NCBI GenBank assembly: GCA_044892525.1
Contig: CM097888.1
Coordinates: forward strand, 32,798,001 to 32,862,000
Reading direction: 5' to 3'
DNA from: Schmidtea polychroa
Lineage: Eukaryota
DNA length: 64,000 nt
Positions 62,961 through 64,000 of this stretch are shown here, one piece after another (the stretch's first letter is position 1; the number at the start of each line of letters is the position of its first letter). The notes under the pieces were generated by a model that had not been told where the DNA came from, searched no databases, and was given only the letters and a program-made list of their open reading frames with translations. A program made the translations under genes and the position numbers.

Positions 62961-64000
62961 CTATCTCAAAATTATCATCTCCATCGGGCCATTTGGAATA
63001 CATCTTGCAAATTGGACGTATTTCTTAGACTCTGATGCGGCGTTAACTATCATTGCTAAAATTTATATTGATTTAAAAGCAATTAACTTACATTATCTAG
63101 CATTTTATCGTCACAGGCTTGATAAATTAGGCAACTGGTATTTGTGGTATACTTTTTCAATGTCATTTCCCACCATAAAACACAGATACCTAAATATAAT
63201 ATATATATATTTTAAAGAATTAATTCATGTCTTACATTAATAATAATATTCTTCAGGTAGTACTTTACTTAATTGATAAAACATCGGTTTTTCCCATTTT
63301 TCTTGACATTCGTTGAAAGTTTACATAATTTAAGTCTGATAATTCATGTTGAAGGACACCCACAATCAGCTAATTCATTTAAGAAACCCAGAACATAGCA
63401 ATGTTTCACCATTTTGTCTGGTTCATTTTCTTCTATAATTCATGTTTTAATAAGAAATTTCTAAATCCAGAACATAAGTCATTTAGTGTTTCACCATTTT
63501 ATCTGGTTCATCTTCTTCATAATTATATAATTCATTTTCTTCATTACTAAGTAAAATAATTAAAATATTGTAGTAAATTCTTTATTTACTTACTTTATGG
63601 ATACTAAAACGAAAGAAATAAAGTTATATCAAAAGTATATTTAAATAATTTAAATTTAAATAATTTAAATTTAGTTATTTAAAAATATTTAAACAATTTA
63701 GTTATTTAAGCATATTTAAACATTAACATTATTATATAGTATAATTTTATATAATATTATAATTTTATGTACACTTATATATCCTTCATTTAATTTTTTA
63801 AATTCAAATATTTATAATGAAGAATCTTTGAATTAAAAAAAATATTCTGTTAGTATTTCCAGGCAGAAAACAACGAATTCAATAATTAAAATCTTAATTT
63901 TCATGTTGTTAGGGTTGTGGCCAGAATTTAATCGCCATCTAATCGTTTGTTCTCAATTTCGCTCAGTTTTGTTAAAACACTCACGGTATTTTTGAGGGAC

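Overview
Eukaryotic, very AT-rich, transposon-dense genomic DNA from a draft assembly (N gaps at 3451-3591, 18169-18315 and 39440-39697). The ~50-75 bp introns, AT/ATT microsatellites, transposon mix and Aplysia-like Kv1 N-terminus suggest a lophotrochozoan, most likely a planarian flatworm; this is inference, not a database result. Host genes: an intronless Shaker/Kv1 potassium channel (9267-10781, -); the 5' part of a multi-exon TTLL4 tubulin glutamylase (29719 to at least 59641, +, running out of the window); and a small Cys-rich (CYSTM-like) terminal exon with a degenerate tandem copy (3.8-4.3 kb). Most of the rest is transposable elements: a decayed Tigger/pogo; a compact 4.57-kb Ty3/Gypsy element with non-canonical TA...TA ends; three solo LTRs; two Penelope-like remnants with hammerhead motifs; a near-intact SPIN-like Buster hAT; a MULE interrupted by an Ac-type hAT; mariner, Tip100-like and R2-type remnants; several MITEs; and a complex motif-array repeat at 59.9-63 kb. 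Most striking observation: a 371-nt tandem unit at 39.7-40.3 kb. Its minus strand reads U1-snRNA 5' end (ATACTTACCTGG), then a perfect GAAA-tetraloop hairpin, then a minimal type I hammerhead ribozyme, which makes it a candidate retrozyme or U1-mimic RNA.
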